Source of the DNA: Gemmatimonadales bacterium
GTDB taxonomy: Bacteria; Gemmatimonadota; Gemmatimonadetes; Gemmatimonadales; GWC2-71-9
Assembly: GCA_041613315.1 (NCBI GenBank)
Contig: JBFJHJ010000013.1
Span: 6,932-70,931, forward strand
DNA: 64,000 nt
Direction of reading: 5' to 3'
Under the pieces are notes generated by a model. The model was not told where the DNA came from. It worked only from the letters and a program-made list of their open reading frames with translations, and did not search any database. Position 1 is the first letter of the stretch; each line of letters starts with the position of its first letter. This document shows, one piece after another, positions 9,439 to 19,093 of the stretch. The position numbers were made by a program, and so were the translations under genes.

Positions 9439-11304
9439 ATGCCCGTAGGCGAGATGATGCTCCAGGTGCTCGGGAGGGTCCGATTCGCGTACAAGATTGC
9501 TCTCCTACCGGCGCTCGCGGCGCTGGGGTACCTGGCGATCCTGGTGGTCTCGGTGTCGCTGGGCAACCGCAGTGGCCGCCTGCTCGATCGGATCGAGGTC
9601 GGATACGCCCCGTCGCTGGAGTTGAGCCGGGATCTCGAGCAGACGCTCACGGCGATGCAGCGGTCGATGCAGGACGCGGTGGTCGCCGCCGATCGGGACG
9701 GGTTGGGGACGAGCGACTCGCTGCGGGATGTCTTCTTGGGACGGCTCGACGGTCAGCAATCGAACCCGGTGGTGGAGGCGGGAGAGCTGGAGCGTCTCGC
9801 GTCGGACGTGCAGGAGTATCACGTCTTCGCGCACGGCGTGAGCCGGCGGCTCATTGCCGGCGAGACCGGCGACGCCGTGCTGGAGGCGCTCACCGAGATG
9901 CGCAACCGCTACAACACGCTCCGCAGCAGACTCGCAGCGCGCACCGCCCGCGACCGGGTAGCGATCAGCGACGGCTTCGATTCGGCGCGGAGGGCCCAGC
10001 GCTCCACCCTCCAGGCGACCGTCGGCGCGACCGTGCTCGCCCTGTTCTTGCTCACCGTGCTCTCGCTCTGGATCGTGCGTGGGGTGGCGCGCTCCGTTCG
10101 AGAGCTCTCCGTGGGATTCCGCCGCGTCAGTGGGGGTGACTTCACGCAGACGCTGCACGTCTCCAGCACCGACGAGCTTGGGCGCCTCGCCCGCCTGATG
10201 AACGAGATGATGGAGCGCGTGGGCACGTTGATCGTGGGTATTCGGGACGCGGCCCGCACGGTGGCGACGGCATTGGACGAGGTCTCGGCGGCCGTGACGC
10301 AGATGGCGCGAGGTGCGGAGCACCAATCCTCGGCGACCGACGAGACGTCGGCCACCATGGTCGCCATCGCGAGCCAGATCGATCAGATCGCTCGCTCAGC
10401 GCAGGACCTCGCCACCAACGTGGACGAGACCGCCGCGTCCGTTCAGGAGATGGGGACCACGAGCGGGCACGTCGCGAAGAACAGCGAGGATCTCCTCACG
10501 TCCGTCGAGGAGACGGCGGCCACCGTCGAGCAGATGACCGCCTCCATCAAGTCCATTGCCGACAAGATGCAGGTGGTCGACCAGGTATCCCGTGACGCGG
10601 CCCGCGTCGCGAACGAGGGCGGCGGCGAGCTGTCCCGGGTGATCGCCGGGATCGGTGCGTCCAGCCAAAACATCGGCAAGATCGTGCGGATCATCGAGGA
10701 GATCGCCGATCAGACCAACCTGCTCGCCCTGAACGCCGCCATCGAGGCGGCTCGGGCCGGCGACGTCGGTCGCGGCTTCGCCGTCGTGGCGGAGGAGGTC
10801 CGGCGGCTGGCGGAACGGTCGGTGGAGTCCACGCGCGAGATCACGGCCGTCGTGGAGTCCGTACAACATGACACGGGGCAGGCCGTCGAGCTCACCCGCT
10901 CCGTGCTGGAGCAGATCGTGCAGTCCGTGGGCAAGACGAGCGGACTGGTGAGCGACGTGCATGCGGCGACCCAGGAGCAGACCAGGGGCGCTCAGCAGGT
11001 GCTCACGACGACGACGAACATGCGAAGCGTGACCGGCCAGCTGGCGATGGCGGCGCGCGAGCAGGCCGAGAGCGCGAGCGGCGTCATGCGCGCGGTCGAG
11101 GCCATGAACCGCCAGACGCAGCAGGTGGCGAACGCCACGAACGAGCAGAAGAAGGGCGGCGACCAGGTCGTGAAGGCGATCGAAGAGATCGCGGGGATCG
11201 CGCAGGAAAACCTCTCAGGGACCAAACAGCTGTCCATGACTACGGACATGCTGCTGAAGGAGGCCGAGCAGCTCAAGCGGGTGTCTGAGACGTTCCGCGT
11301 CTGA
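9439..11304 (+). CDS. Methyl-accepting chemotaxis protein (2 TM, HAMP, long signalling domain)
   Basis: [34 protein letters not shown] hairpin; [15 protein letters not shown]. Confidence 0.95.
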   Translation: MPVGEMMLQVLGRVRFAYKIALLPALAALGYLAILVVSVSLGNRSGRLLDRIEVGYAPSLELSRDLEQTLTAMQRSMQDAVVAADRDGLGTSDSLRDVFLGRLDGQQSNPVVEAGELERLASDVQEYHVFAHGVSRRLIAGETGDAVLEALTEMRNRYNTLRSRLAARTARDRVAISDGFDSARRAQRSTLQATVGATVLALFLLTVLSLWIVRGVARSVRELSVGFRRVSGGDFTQTLHVSSTDELGRLARLMNEMMERVGTLIVGIRDAARTVATALDEVSAAVTQMARGAEHQSSATDETSATMVAIASQIDQIARSAQDLATNVDETAASVQEMGTTSGHVAKNSEDLLTSVEETAATVEQMTASIKSIADKMQVVDQVSRDAARVANEGGGELSRVIAGIGASSQNIGKIVRIIEEIADQTNLLALNAAIEAARAGDVGRGFAVVAEEVRRLAERSVESTREITAVVESVQHDTGQAVELTRSVLEQIVQSVGKTSGLVSDVHAATQEQTRGAQQVLTTTTNMRSVTGQLAMAAREQAESASGVMRAVEAMNRQTQQVANATNEQKKGGDQVVKAIEEIAGIAQENLSGTKQLSMTTDMLLKEAEQLKRVSETFRV

Positions 11305-13217
11305 TGAGCGAGTTCTCGAAGGCGGGCGCCGCCGCCCACGCCTGGCCTGGCCGGCATTCCGACCCGTTCGCCGAACGCGTGGCCCTGCTGGAAGACGCGT
11401 CACGACTGCCGCCGGGCGAGCGGCAACACGCCATTGAATCACTGATCCGGGACACACGACCGGCCATTCGGGAGGGGGCGCTCCGGCTGGGCGCCTCGGT
11501 GCTGCCGGACGCCTCGCTGATCCGCATGCTCCGCGATGGCGCCGACGACCGGTTACGGAACGCCGCCGTCTCCATGGCCAAGATGCGGGGGGGGCGTGGG
11601 CTCAAGCTCGCCCTCGACTTGCTGAATGATCGAGACGCGGACGTCGTGCTCCAGGCGGTGGTGATCCTCGACCACTTCCGGGATCCAACCAGCCTCGGGT
11701 CGCTGCGCCCCCTCCTGCGTCATTCGAACGCGAACGTCGCGCAGGCGGCGATCGTGGCGATCGGCGGCCTGGGACACGACGGGGCGGCGGCCGACCTGTT
11801 GCCATTTCTGGAGGGCGACCTGTGGCTCAAGATCGCCGCGGTGCAGGCCCTCGGCCATCTGCGAGCGAAGAACGCCATCAAGCCATTGAGCCGCCTGCTC
11901 GACGATCCGATGCTGGGATCGTTTGTGGCGGAGGCGCTGACGCGGATCGGCGGCGCCTCCGCGTTTCGCGTCCTGTGCCGCGCCTGGCTTGCGACGGGAT
12001 CGCCGAGTGACGATCTGCTCAAGCTGCTGGCGCACGTCGCCGAGGGACTGTCCCGCGCCCCGAAGAGCCCGGCGGGCTTTCAGGCAGCCCTCAAAGGGAA
12101 GCTGACGAGCGACGACGAGTCCGTGCAGCGCGCGGCGGCACGGTGTTGCCTCGCGCTGGGCCCCGGACCCAACGACGCCGAGGCGCTGGATGTCATGACC
12201 CACGCCGGCGCCCCCGACGTGCCGGTCTGCATGAGTCGCCGCAAGGACCTCATCGGGACGCTGCTGGCACAACGCGGGACGCTGCGTCGATGGGGGTATC
12301 TGCTGGCGGCGAGCTACCCCGCGGCGGCCCCCCCACAGGCGGTCGGTGCGGCGCTGCGGGCATGTCACGGCGCGGAGCACGCAGACGTGATCGCCGCGGC
12401 GTTGCCGAAACTCCGGTCGCCCGGCCTGGCGGATGCGATCCTCGATCACTATCTGCAGCTCCCGGGCGAGGCGCGCGCCGCGTGGGGGCCGGTGCTCGCG
12501 GCGCACCGGACTGCGCTCCGGCAGGCGCTGGATCGGCGCACCGACCTGACCATGGGTGCGCGCGACGTACTTGCCACCGTGCTCGCCGACTCGCCCGCCG
12601 CGATCATCGCAAAGCTGACGGATCTCCCCCCAGACGCCCGGGCCCGAGCGCTGACCCAACTGCTCGACCACACGGCGGTCATGCGGCGCCTGCCGTGGGT
12701 CGCGTGGCTGGAGCAGGATCCAGGGACCTACGGCCCGCTCGCCGCCCAGGTGGCCGAGAAGGTGGACTTTCGGCCCCATTTGCCGGCGCTGCGCAAACTG
12801 CTCGTGCGGGAGCCGACGCCATACCTGTTGCGGATCATCGCCCGGGTCGGCGATCGGGACAGCGCCCGGTTGCTCGCCGAGCTCGCGGGACGGCGGGACC
12901 CTGGGCTGCAACCGTTCGTGTTGTCGGCATTGGGGGAGCTGGGCGGTGAGGATGCGCGGCAGGCTCTACGCCGTGTCGTCGCGGCCGGAGACCATCACGC
13001 CCGGATCGCCCACAAAGCCCTCGCCGCCTGCGCGGTCGCCGAGGATCTCCCGATCTTCGTGTCAGCCGCCGGTCATGCCGATTGGTACGTGCGGCTGACG
13101 GCGGCACGGGCGCTGGTGCGGTTGGGGAATGACGACCATCTGCCCATCCTGGCCCAGCTGGCATCGGATCCGATCCCGGTCGTGGCGCAGGGCGCGCGTG
13201 CCGCCCTCGAGCTCTGA
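11304..13217 (+). CDS. HEAT-repeat (PBS lyase-like) protein
   Basis: Repeats LLNDRDADVVLQAV, LLRHSNANVAQAAI, HADWYVRLTAARAL, LASDPIPVVAQGA; TGATG coupling to mcp. Confidence 0.85.
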   Translation: MSEFSKAGAAAHAWPGRHSDPFAERVALLEDASRLPPGERQHAIESLIRDTRPAIREGALRLGASVLPDASLIRMLRDGADDRLRNAAVSMAKMRGGRGLKLALDLLNDRDADVVLQAVVILDHFRDPTSLGSLRPLLRHSNANVAQAAIVAIGGLGHDGAAADLLPFLEGDLWLKIAAVQALGHLRAKNAIKPLSRLLDDPMLGSFVAEALTRIGGASAFRVLCRAWLATGSPSDDLLKLLAHVAEGLSRAPKSPAGFQAALKGKLTSDDESVQRAAARCCLALGPGPNDAEALDVMTHAGAPDVPVCMSRRKDLIGTLLAQRGTLRRWGYLLAASYPAAAPPQAVGAALRACHGAEHADVIAAALPKLRSPGLADAILDHYLQLPGEARAAWGPVLAAHRTALRQALDRRTDLTMGARDVLATVLADSPAAIIAKLTDLPPDARARALTQLLDHTAVMRRLPWVAWLEQDPGTYGPLAAQVAEKVDFRPHLPALRKLLVREPTPYLLRIIARVGDRDSARLLAELAGRRDPGLQPFVLSALGELGGEDARQALRRVVAAGDHHARIAHKALAACAVAEDLPIFVSAAGHADWYVRLTAARALVRLGNDDHLPILAQLASDPIPVVAQGARAALEL

Positions 13218-13224
13218 GCACCCC

Positions 13225-14070
13225 GTGGCGCCGGCTACGACGCCCCGGTTGTCCGCCGAGGAGTTCCTGCTGTTCAACGAGCTGCTCGAGGCGGAGTACG
13301 GCCTCAGCTTTCCCGACCATAAGCGGGAAGTGCTGGAGTCGCGGCTTCGCCCGAGGCTCGAGGCCCTGCACCTGTCGAACTTCATGGAGTACTACCTCAC
13401 CGTGCTGGCGGACGGTGGGGCCGAGCGCCGGGAATTGGCTCGGGCCACGACGAACAACCATACGTACTTCTTTCGCGAGAGCGCCCAGTTTGAGGCGCTC
13501 TTCGAGCAAGGTCTCTCGCTTCTACGATCGGGCGCCGTCCTCCCCGGGGGGCTTCGACTCCTATGCGCCGGCTGCTCGTCGGGCGAAGAAGCCTACACGC
13601 TCAACTTCTACGCCTTCGATGGGCGCGTCGCCCCACACGATCTCCAGGTCCACGTCGATGCGTTCGACCTCGACGACGCCCGTGTCACGATGGCTCGGGG
13701 AGGCGAATACCGAGAACGGTCGCTGCGGCACATGGGCGCCGAGCGGGTGTCGCGGTATCTGACGGAAGTCGGCCCCGACCGCTATCGCGTCCACGATCAA
13801 TATCGAGCGGGCATCCGTTTCTCGTGGGGGAATCTCGTCGTCCTTCCCTCCTTCCAGCGGCCGCTCCCGTATGACGCGGTGTTCTGCCGCAATGTGCTGA
13901 TCTATTTCTCACCGGCCGCCCTCCAGCGGGCCGTCATGAATTTGGCCCACGTGCTGCGGCCGGGCGGCCTGCTGTTTCTTGGCCATTCGGAATCCATCAT
14001 CGGCATGTTCGACTGCTTCGAGGCGGTGCGCCTCAAGGACATCGTGGCCTACCGGAAGGTGGTGCCGTGA
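13225..14070 (+). CDS. cheR: Chemotaxis protein-glutamate methyltransferase
   Basis: TYFFRE, AGCSSGEEAYT, VFCRNVLIYF, LFLGHSES; GTG start inferred just after the HEAT stop. Confidence 0.93.
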   Translation: MAPATTPRLSAEEFLLFNELLEAEYGLSFPDHKREVLESRLRPRLEALHLSNFMEYYLTVLADGGAERRELARATTNNHTYFFRESAQFEALFEQGLSLLRSGAVLPGGLRLLCAGCSSGEEAYTLNFYAFDGRVAPHDLQVHVDAFDLDDARVTMARGGEYRERSLRHMGAERVSRYLTEVGPDRYRVHDQYRAGIRFSWGNLVVLPSFQRPLPYDAVFCRNVLIYFSPAALQRAVMNLAHVLRPGGLLFLGHSESIIGMFDCFEAVRLKDIVAYRKVVP

Positions 14071-15158
14071 GCCGCATCCGGGTGGCCGTGGTGGACGACT
14101 CCTCGTTCGTGCGTGCGGCCCTGACGCAGCTCTTGGGCGGCGATCAGCGGCTCACCGTCGTGGGGACGGCGGACTGCGGCGAGGCGCTGCTCGAGCAACT
14201 CGACGCGTGGCAACCCGACGTGATCACGTTGGATCTCGAGATGCCCGGGATGGGCGGCATGGCGACGCTCACCCGACTGATGGAAACACGGCCGACCCCT
14301 GTCATCATCCTCTCCACGCACTCGGGAGAGGGAGCGCCGCTGACGATCGACGCGCTGAGCCGTGGGGCCGCCGACTTCGTGGACAAGCAGGCGTATTCGC
14401 TGGTGGACTTCGCGTCCCTGCGATCGGTGCTGGTGGACAAGATCCTCCACCTGGCGCCCCGGCGGACGGAGAGCGCGCCCGCGGCGCCTCGTGCCCCATC
14501 GCCGAAGCGCGCACGGCCTGGGCGGGCCGGTGCCTACGAGCTCCTGGTCATCGGCGCGTCGACGGGCGGGCCGGCCGCGATCGAGCGGGTGCTCAAGGAT
14601 CTCGGATCGGCGGTGCCGGTCGCGATCGCCGTGGTCCAGCACATGCCGGCGGGGTTTACCGGCGCATTCGCCGAGCGTCTCGACCGCGCGCTGCCGCTGG
14701 CGGTGTTCGAAGCGACGAGCGCGGACGCGGCGTTGCTGCCGGGAACGGTCGCGATCGCGACGGCCGGCTATCACCTGCGCGTACGCCGCTCCGGCGAGCA
14801 CCTGGTGACGGCGCTCGCGAACGAGCCGACGGACGTCTCGCACCGGCCGTCGGTCGACGTTCTCTACCGCTCCGCCATGGACACGGCGGGAGCGCGGACG
14901 GTCGCCGTGCTCCTCACCGGGATGGGCGCGGACGGCGCGAGCGGCATGCTGGAGTTGGAGCGCGCCGGGGCGCACACGATCGTGCAGGACGAAGCGTCCT
15001 GCGTGGTGTACGGCATGCCGCACGCCGCGGTCCGGCTCCACGCGGCGCGGGAGATCCTGCCCCTCGATGCGATCGGCGGTCGCGTGCGGTCGCTGATTCT
15101 CGGGAGCGGCCCCGCCGACGTGTCGGCGCCGGCCGATCCCCGGCGACTTGTCGGGTGA
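14067..15158 (+). CDS. cheB: Chemotaxis methylesterase with receiver domain
   Basis: Receiver VVDDS/TLDLEMP; catalytic GASTGG, QHM, GMGADG. Confidence 0.95.
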   Translation: MSRIRVAVVDDSSFVRAALTQLLGGDQRLTVVGTADCGEALLEQLDAWQPDVITLDLEMPGMGGMATLTRLMETRPTPVIILSTHSGEGAPLTIDALSRGAADFVDKQAYSLVDFASLRSVLVDKILHLAPRRTESAPAAPRAPSPKRARPGRAGAYELLVIGASTGGPAAIERVLKDLGSAVPVAIAVVQHMPAGFTGAFAERLDRALPLAVFEATSADAALLPGTVAIATAGYHLRVRRSGEHLVTALANEPTDVSHRPSVDVLYRSAMDTAGARTVAVLLTGMGADGASGMLELERAGAHTIVQDEASCVVYGMPHAAVRLHAAREILPLDAIGGRVRSLILGSGPADVSAPADPRRLVG

Positions 15159-15160
15159 CC

Positions 15161-15523
15161 ATGACGCGCCGAATCTTGGTGTGCGACGATGCCATGTTCA
15201 CGCGCGGCATGCTGGGCGGGATCTTCGCCGGTGCCGGCTACGACGTCGTCGGCGAGGCCGAGTCCGGTGTGGAGGCGGTGGCGCAATACAAGCGCCTGCG
15301 GCCGGACGTCGTGACGATGGACATCGTGATGCCCGGCCTGGGCGGGATCGACGCCGTGCGCGAGATCCTGGCGTTCGACCCGGACGCGCGGATTATCATG
15401 TGCAGCGCCATGAATCAATCGAAGCTGGTACAACAGGCTCTGGACGCGGGCGCCAAGGAGCTGATCGTCAAGCCGTTCGTGACCGCGGACGTGCTCGCGG
15501 CGATCGAACGCGTCCTGTCATAG
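15161..15523 (+). CDS. cheY: Second CheY-like response regulator
   Basis: ILVCDDAMF, TMDIVMP, MCSAM, IVKPF; C-terminal part of track ORF 13979..15523. Confidence 0.88.
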   Translation: MTRRILVCDDAMFTRGMLGGIFAGAGYDVVGEAESGVEAVAQYKRLRPDVVTMDIVMPGLGGIDAVREILAFDPDARIIMCSAMNQSKLVQQALDAGAKELIVKPFVTADVLAAIERVLS

Positions 15524-15544
15524 CACGGACCGGAGGAGACGCGC

Positions 15545-16162
15545 ATGCCCGGCGAGGCGCTGACGGAACGGCATCAAGATGTGCTGCGCGAGGTGGCCAA
15601 CATCGGCGCGGGGCACGCCGCGACCGCGCTCGCCACCCTCACCCGCCAGCGCATCCTGATCAGCGTTCCCCGCGTGATCATCGCGCCGTTCCGCGAAGCG
15701 GCGACCCTGCTCGGAACGGCCGACGCCCCGGCCGTCGCCGTGAGTATGCAGATCCTCGGCGATCTGCAAGGGAAGGCGATCTTCCTGATGGCGGAGCGCG
15801 ACGCGCGGCACCTCTGCGATCACGTCCTGCTGCGACCCCAGCACACGACGGTCGAGCTCGAGGAAATGGAGCGCTCCAGCCTCAAGGAGGTCGGCAACAT
15901 CCTGGCCGGCGCCTATCTGAACGCCGTCGCAGAGTTGATGCGCATGACGCTGCTGCCGTCGGTGCCCACGCTCGCGGTCGAGCCGGCGGGCGTGGTGCTG
16001 TCGCACGCTCTCGACGCCGCCCCACCGAGGGGTGAGATCGTCCTGTCGGTGGAGACCGAGTTTCACATCGTCGGCGTCGAGCCCGTGCCGCTGGGCCACT
16101 TCTTGTTATATCCCGACCCACCGGCCCTCAGGGCGATATTCGACGCGCTCAACGTCAGCTGA
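15545..16162 (+). CDS. cheC: CheC-family CheY-P phosphatase
   Basis: Two ExxN motifs: REVANIGAGHAATAL and KEVGNILAGAYLNA; GGAGGAG RBS. Confidence 0.9.
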   Translation: MPGEALTERHQDVLREVANIGAGHAATALATLTRQRILISVPRVIIAPFREAATLLGTADAPAVAVSMQILGDLQGKAIFLMAERDARHLCDHVLLRPQHTTVELEEMERSSLKEVGNILAGAYLNAVAELMRMTLLPSVPTLAVEPAGVVLSHALDAAPPRGEIVLSVETEFHIVGVEPVPLGHFLLYPDPPALRAIFDALNVS

Positions 16163-16211
16163 TGTCGTCGCAGCGTTCAGCGGCCCGCGGCTCGCCCTCA
16201 TGACATCGGCG

Positions 16212-17171
16212 TCAGCGCGCGGGCCTGCCCGGTAGCCAGGCCGCGGTGGCCGGATGAAGCGGGATCGGGGCGCGCTCCAACGCCCCGAGGTCGATCTGGC
16301 GCGCGATCTCGCTCACGCGGACCAGGCCCGCCCGCTCGTCCCGCAAGATGTCGAGCAACCGTCGCACGACCCCTGCGTCGAGCCGTTCCGTGCCGACGAT
16401 CCAGTTCATCACGGCAAGTGTCGGGACGTCCTGCGCAACGCCAGGGTACGTCCCCGCCGGGATCGCACTGCGGGTGTAATACGGGTAGCGCGCCACGAGC
16501 GCCGCTAGCCCCGCGGCGTCGACCGGCAAGAGCCGCACGCCGCCGGTGGTGGTGGCTTCGAGAACGGCGGACGCGGGGTAGCCGACCGAGAAGATCGCCG
16601 CATCGATCGCGCCGTCGCGCAGCGCGTCCGCCGACTCGCGAAACGAGAGATAGCGCGCGTCGATGTCGTCGTAGTCAATGCCGTAGGCCTCGAGGAGCTG
16701 CCGGGCCAGTTGCTCGGTCCCGCTGCCGGGCGAGCCGACCGAGACACGGCGGTTCCGGAGGTCGGCGACGGAGCGAAGAGCGGCGCGTGCCGGCACGAGG
16801 ATGTGTGTCAGGTTGGGATAGAGCGGAGCGACGATCCTGAGGTCGCCGAGGGGGCGGGGGAAGTCCTGTCCACCGTGGTACGCCTCGTACACGGTGATGG
16901 CCATCGCGAAGCCAAGGTCCATCTCGCCTCGGGCCACCCGATTCACATTCTCCACGGATCCGCCGGTGACCTCCGCCGTGAACCGCCGTGTGGAGTCCGC
17001 GGCCGACAGCCGGCTCGCCAAGGCGCCGCCCAGAGGATAGTAGACCCCTCCGGTGCCCGCCGTCCCGATGCTCAGGAATCGCCCCGTGCCGGGGGCCCTG
17101 CCGCAGGCGGACACCGAGCACGTCGCCAGGATGGCGGCCACGACCACCCTACGCCGGGCGGGTCCGCGCAT
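16212..17171 (-). CDS. TAXI-family TRAP solute-binding lipoprotein
   Basis: IGTAGTGGVYYPLG, TGGSVEN, VSVGSPGSGT, IPLHP; lipobox-like VSAC. Confidence 0.92.
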   Translation of the reverse strand: MRGPARRRVVVAAILATCSVSACGRAPGTGRFLSIGTAGTGGVYYPLGGALASRLSAADSTRRFTAEVTGGSVENVNRVARGEMDLGFAMAITVYEAYHGGQDFPRPLGDLRIVAPLYPNLTHILVPARAALRSVADLRNRRVSVGSPGSGTEQLARQLLEAYGIDYDDIDARYLSFRESADALRDGAIDAAIFSVGYPASAVLEATTTGGVRLLPVDAAGLAALVARYPYYTRSAIPAGTYPGVAQDVPTLAVMNWIVGTERLDAGVVRRLLDILRDERAGLVRVSEIARQIDLGALERAPIPLHPATAAWLPGRPAR

Positions 17172-17195
17172 TGGTCGGCTCCCTCTCAGATCCGG

Positions 17196-19082
17196 TCATG
17201 GCGGCGCCGCGGGGGGCGCCGTGGCCGCGGTTCCGGATGTCTGTTTCACGAAGATGGCGGCAGTCACCAGCAACCCCAGCGCATCGGTGACGGGCTCGGG
17301 CCAGATGAGGCTCACGGCCGCCGCGGCCAGGACGGCCCGCTCCCACGTGGAGAGCGGCCGGCGGGCGTACCCCATCGCGGCCGCAGCGAGGGCGGTGACG
17401 CCGACCCCGGCGGTGAGTGCCGCACCCACCACGCCCAGGATCGATCCCTGCAGCACGAGCGGCGGGCCGTACACGAACATGAACGGCACCACGAACCCGG
17501 CGGTCGCCAGCGTGAAGGCGGTGAGCGCGGTCCGCATCGGCGGCGCACCGGCTATCCCGGCGGCAGCATAGGCGGCCAACGCCACGGGCGGTGTGACGTT
17601 CGATAGGCACCCAAAGTAGAAAATGAACAGATGCGCCGCGAGCACCGGCACCCCCAGCTCGGTGAGCGCCGGCGCCCCCAAGGCGGCGAGCACGATGTAC
17701 GCCGCCGTCGTTGGGAGCCCCATGCCGAGGACGATCGACCCGAGCGCCGTGAGGACCAGCGCGATCGGCAGATGGCCCGCGGACAGGGTGATGATCAGCT
17801 CGGACATCCGGAGGCCGATACCGGTCAGGGACGCCACCCCGACGACGATTCCCGCGGCGGCGCACGCCGCGGCGACCTGCACCGTGCCGGCGGCCGCCGC
17901 CACCAGCGCACGGCGGGCGCGTGAGGCGTCGAGTCGGGTGGCGCGTCGGGCGAGCGCGAGTGCGACCGCGCTGACGATACCCCAGAACGCCGCTCGCATG
18001 GGCGAGCGCCCGACGGCCAAGAGGGCCACGATAATGCCCAGGGGCAGGAGGAGGTGCAACCTCGGCGCGACCGGCTCGAGATCGCTCCGCGCCCCAGCGG
18101 CGAGCCCCATGCGGCCCGCGCGAAAATGGATCGCTGCCAACAGGGCGGCGTAATACAGCAGGGCCGGTACCGCCGCGGCCGCGGCCACCCGCACGTAGGG
18201 AATGTTCGTCCACGTTGCGAGGATGAACGCCCCTGCGCCCATGATCGGCGGCATCAGTTGGCCGCCGGTGCTGGCCGCAGCCTCGATGGCGGCGGCGAAG
18301 TGCGGGCGGAACCCCGCCCGCTTCATGATGGGGATCGTGAACGTCCCGGTCGTCACCACGTTGGCCACGGCGCTCCCCGAGACGGAGCCCATGAGCGCGC
18401 TGGCCACCGCGGCCGTCTTCGCCGGGCCGCCACGCGTGGCGCCGGCGATCCGCTCCGACAGCGCGATGAGCAGTGCGCCGCCTCCGGCCGCGTCTAAGAG
18501 GGCGCCGAAGAGAATGAACAGGTAGACGAAATCCGCGGACACACCGAGGGGCACCCCCCAGATACCCTCGGTGCTGAGATAGAGGTGCTCGATCACCCGG
18601 CTGAGCGGATACCCGCGATGCGCAAGGATGCCCGGCAGGTACGGGCCCGCGACGGCGTACGCGAGCGCGAGCGCGGCGACCGCGACGAGCCCCCACCCCG
18701 TGGCCCGCCGCGCCAGCTCCAGCACCACCACCAGCGCCACGGCACCCATCGCCACGTCCAGGGCGGTCGCGGTACCCGCCCGGCGCACCAAGACGTCGTG
18801 CTCGAGGACGAGGTAGGCGCAGGGAACGACGGCCGCCACGATGAGCAGCGCCTGCACCGTGCGAGCAATGGTGGTGGGGCGATCCGCCGGCTCCGCCACT
18901 CCTTCCGACCAGCGGCTGACGCCGAGGCCCCAGAAGGCCAGCCCCGCCATCAGGGCGAGATGGACGGGCCGCTGCACCAACGCCGTGAACGGGGACACGC
19001 CGGCGGCGTAGAGGTGAAACGCCGCGGCCGCCACCGCGAGGATGGGGATCACCCACGCCGCCGCGCGCCGTCCCCCGCCCAC
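17196..19082 (-). CDS. TRAP transporter fused 4TM/12TM permease
   Basis: GGPAKTAAVAS, GSAVANV, EAAASTGGQLMPPIMGAGAF, LGMGLPT, VTPPVAL; GTG start inferred at 19082. Confidence 0.92.
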   Translation of the reverse strand: MGGGRRAAAWVIPILAVAAAAFHLYAAGVSPFTALVQRPVHLALMAGLAFWGLGVSRWSEGVAEPADRPTTIARTVQALLIVAAVVPCAYLVLEHDVLVRRAGTATALDVAMGAVALVVVLELARRATGWGLVAVAALALAYAVAGPYLPGILAHRGYPLSRVIEHLYLSTEGIWGVPLGVSADFVYLFILFGALLDAAGGGALLIALSERIAGATRGGPAKTAAVASALMGSVSGSAVANVVTTGTFTIPIMKRAGFRPHFAAAIEAAASTGGQLMPPIMGAGAFILATWTNIPYVRVAAAAAVPALLYYAALLAAIHFRAGRMGLAAGARSDLEPVAPRLHLLLPLGIIVALLAVGRSPMRAAFWGIVSAVALALARRATRLDASRARRALVAAAAGTVQVAAACAAAGIVVGVASLTGIGLRMSELIITLSAGHLPIALVLTALGSIVLGMGLPTTAAYIVLAALGAPALTELGVPVLAAHLFIFYFGCLSNVTPPVALAAYAAAGIAGAPPMRTALTAFTLATAGFVVPFMFVYGPPLVLQGSILGVVGAALTAGVGVTALAAAAMGYARRPLSTWERAVLAAAAVSLIWPEPVTDALGLLVTAAIFVKQTSGTAATAPPAAPP

Positions 19083-19093
19083 CGCCGCCCTCG

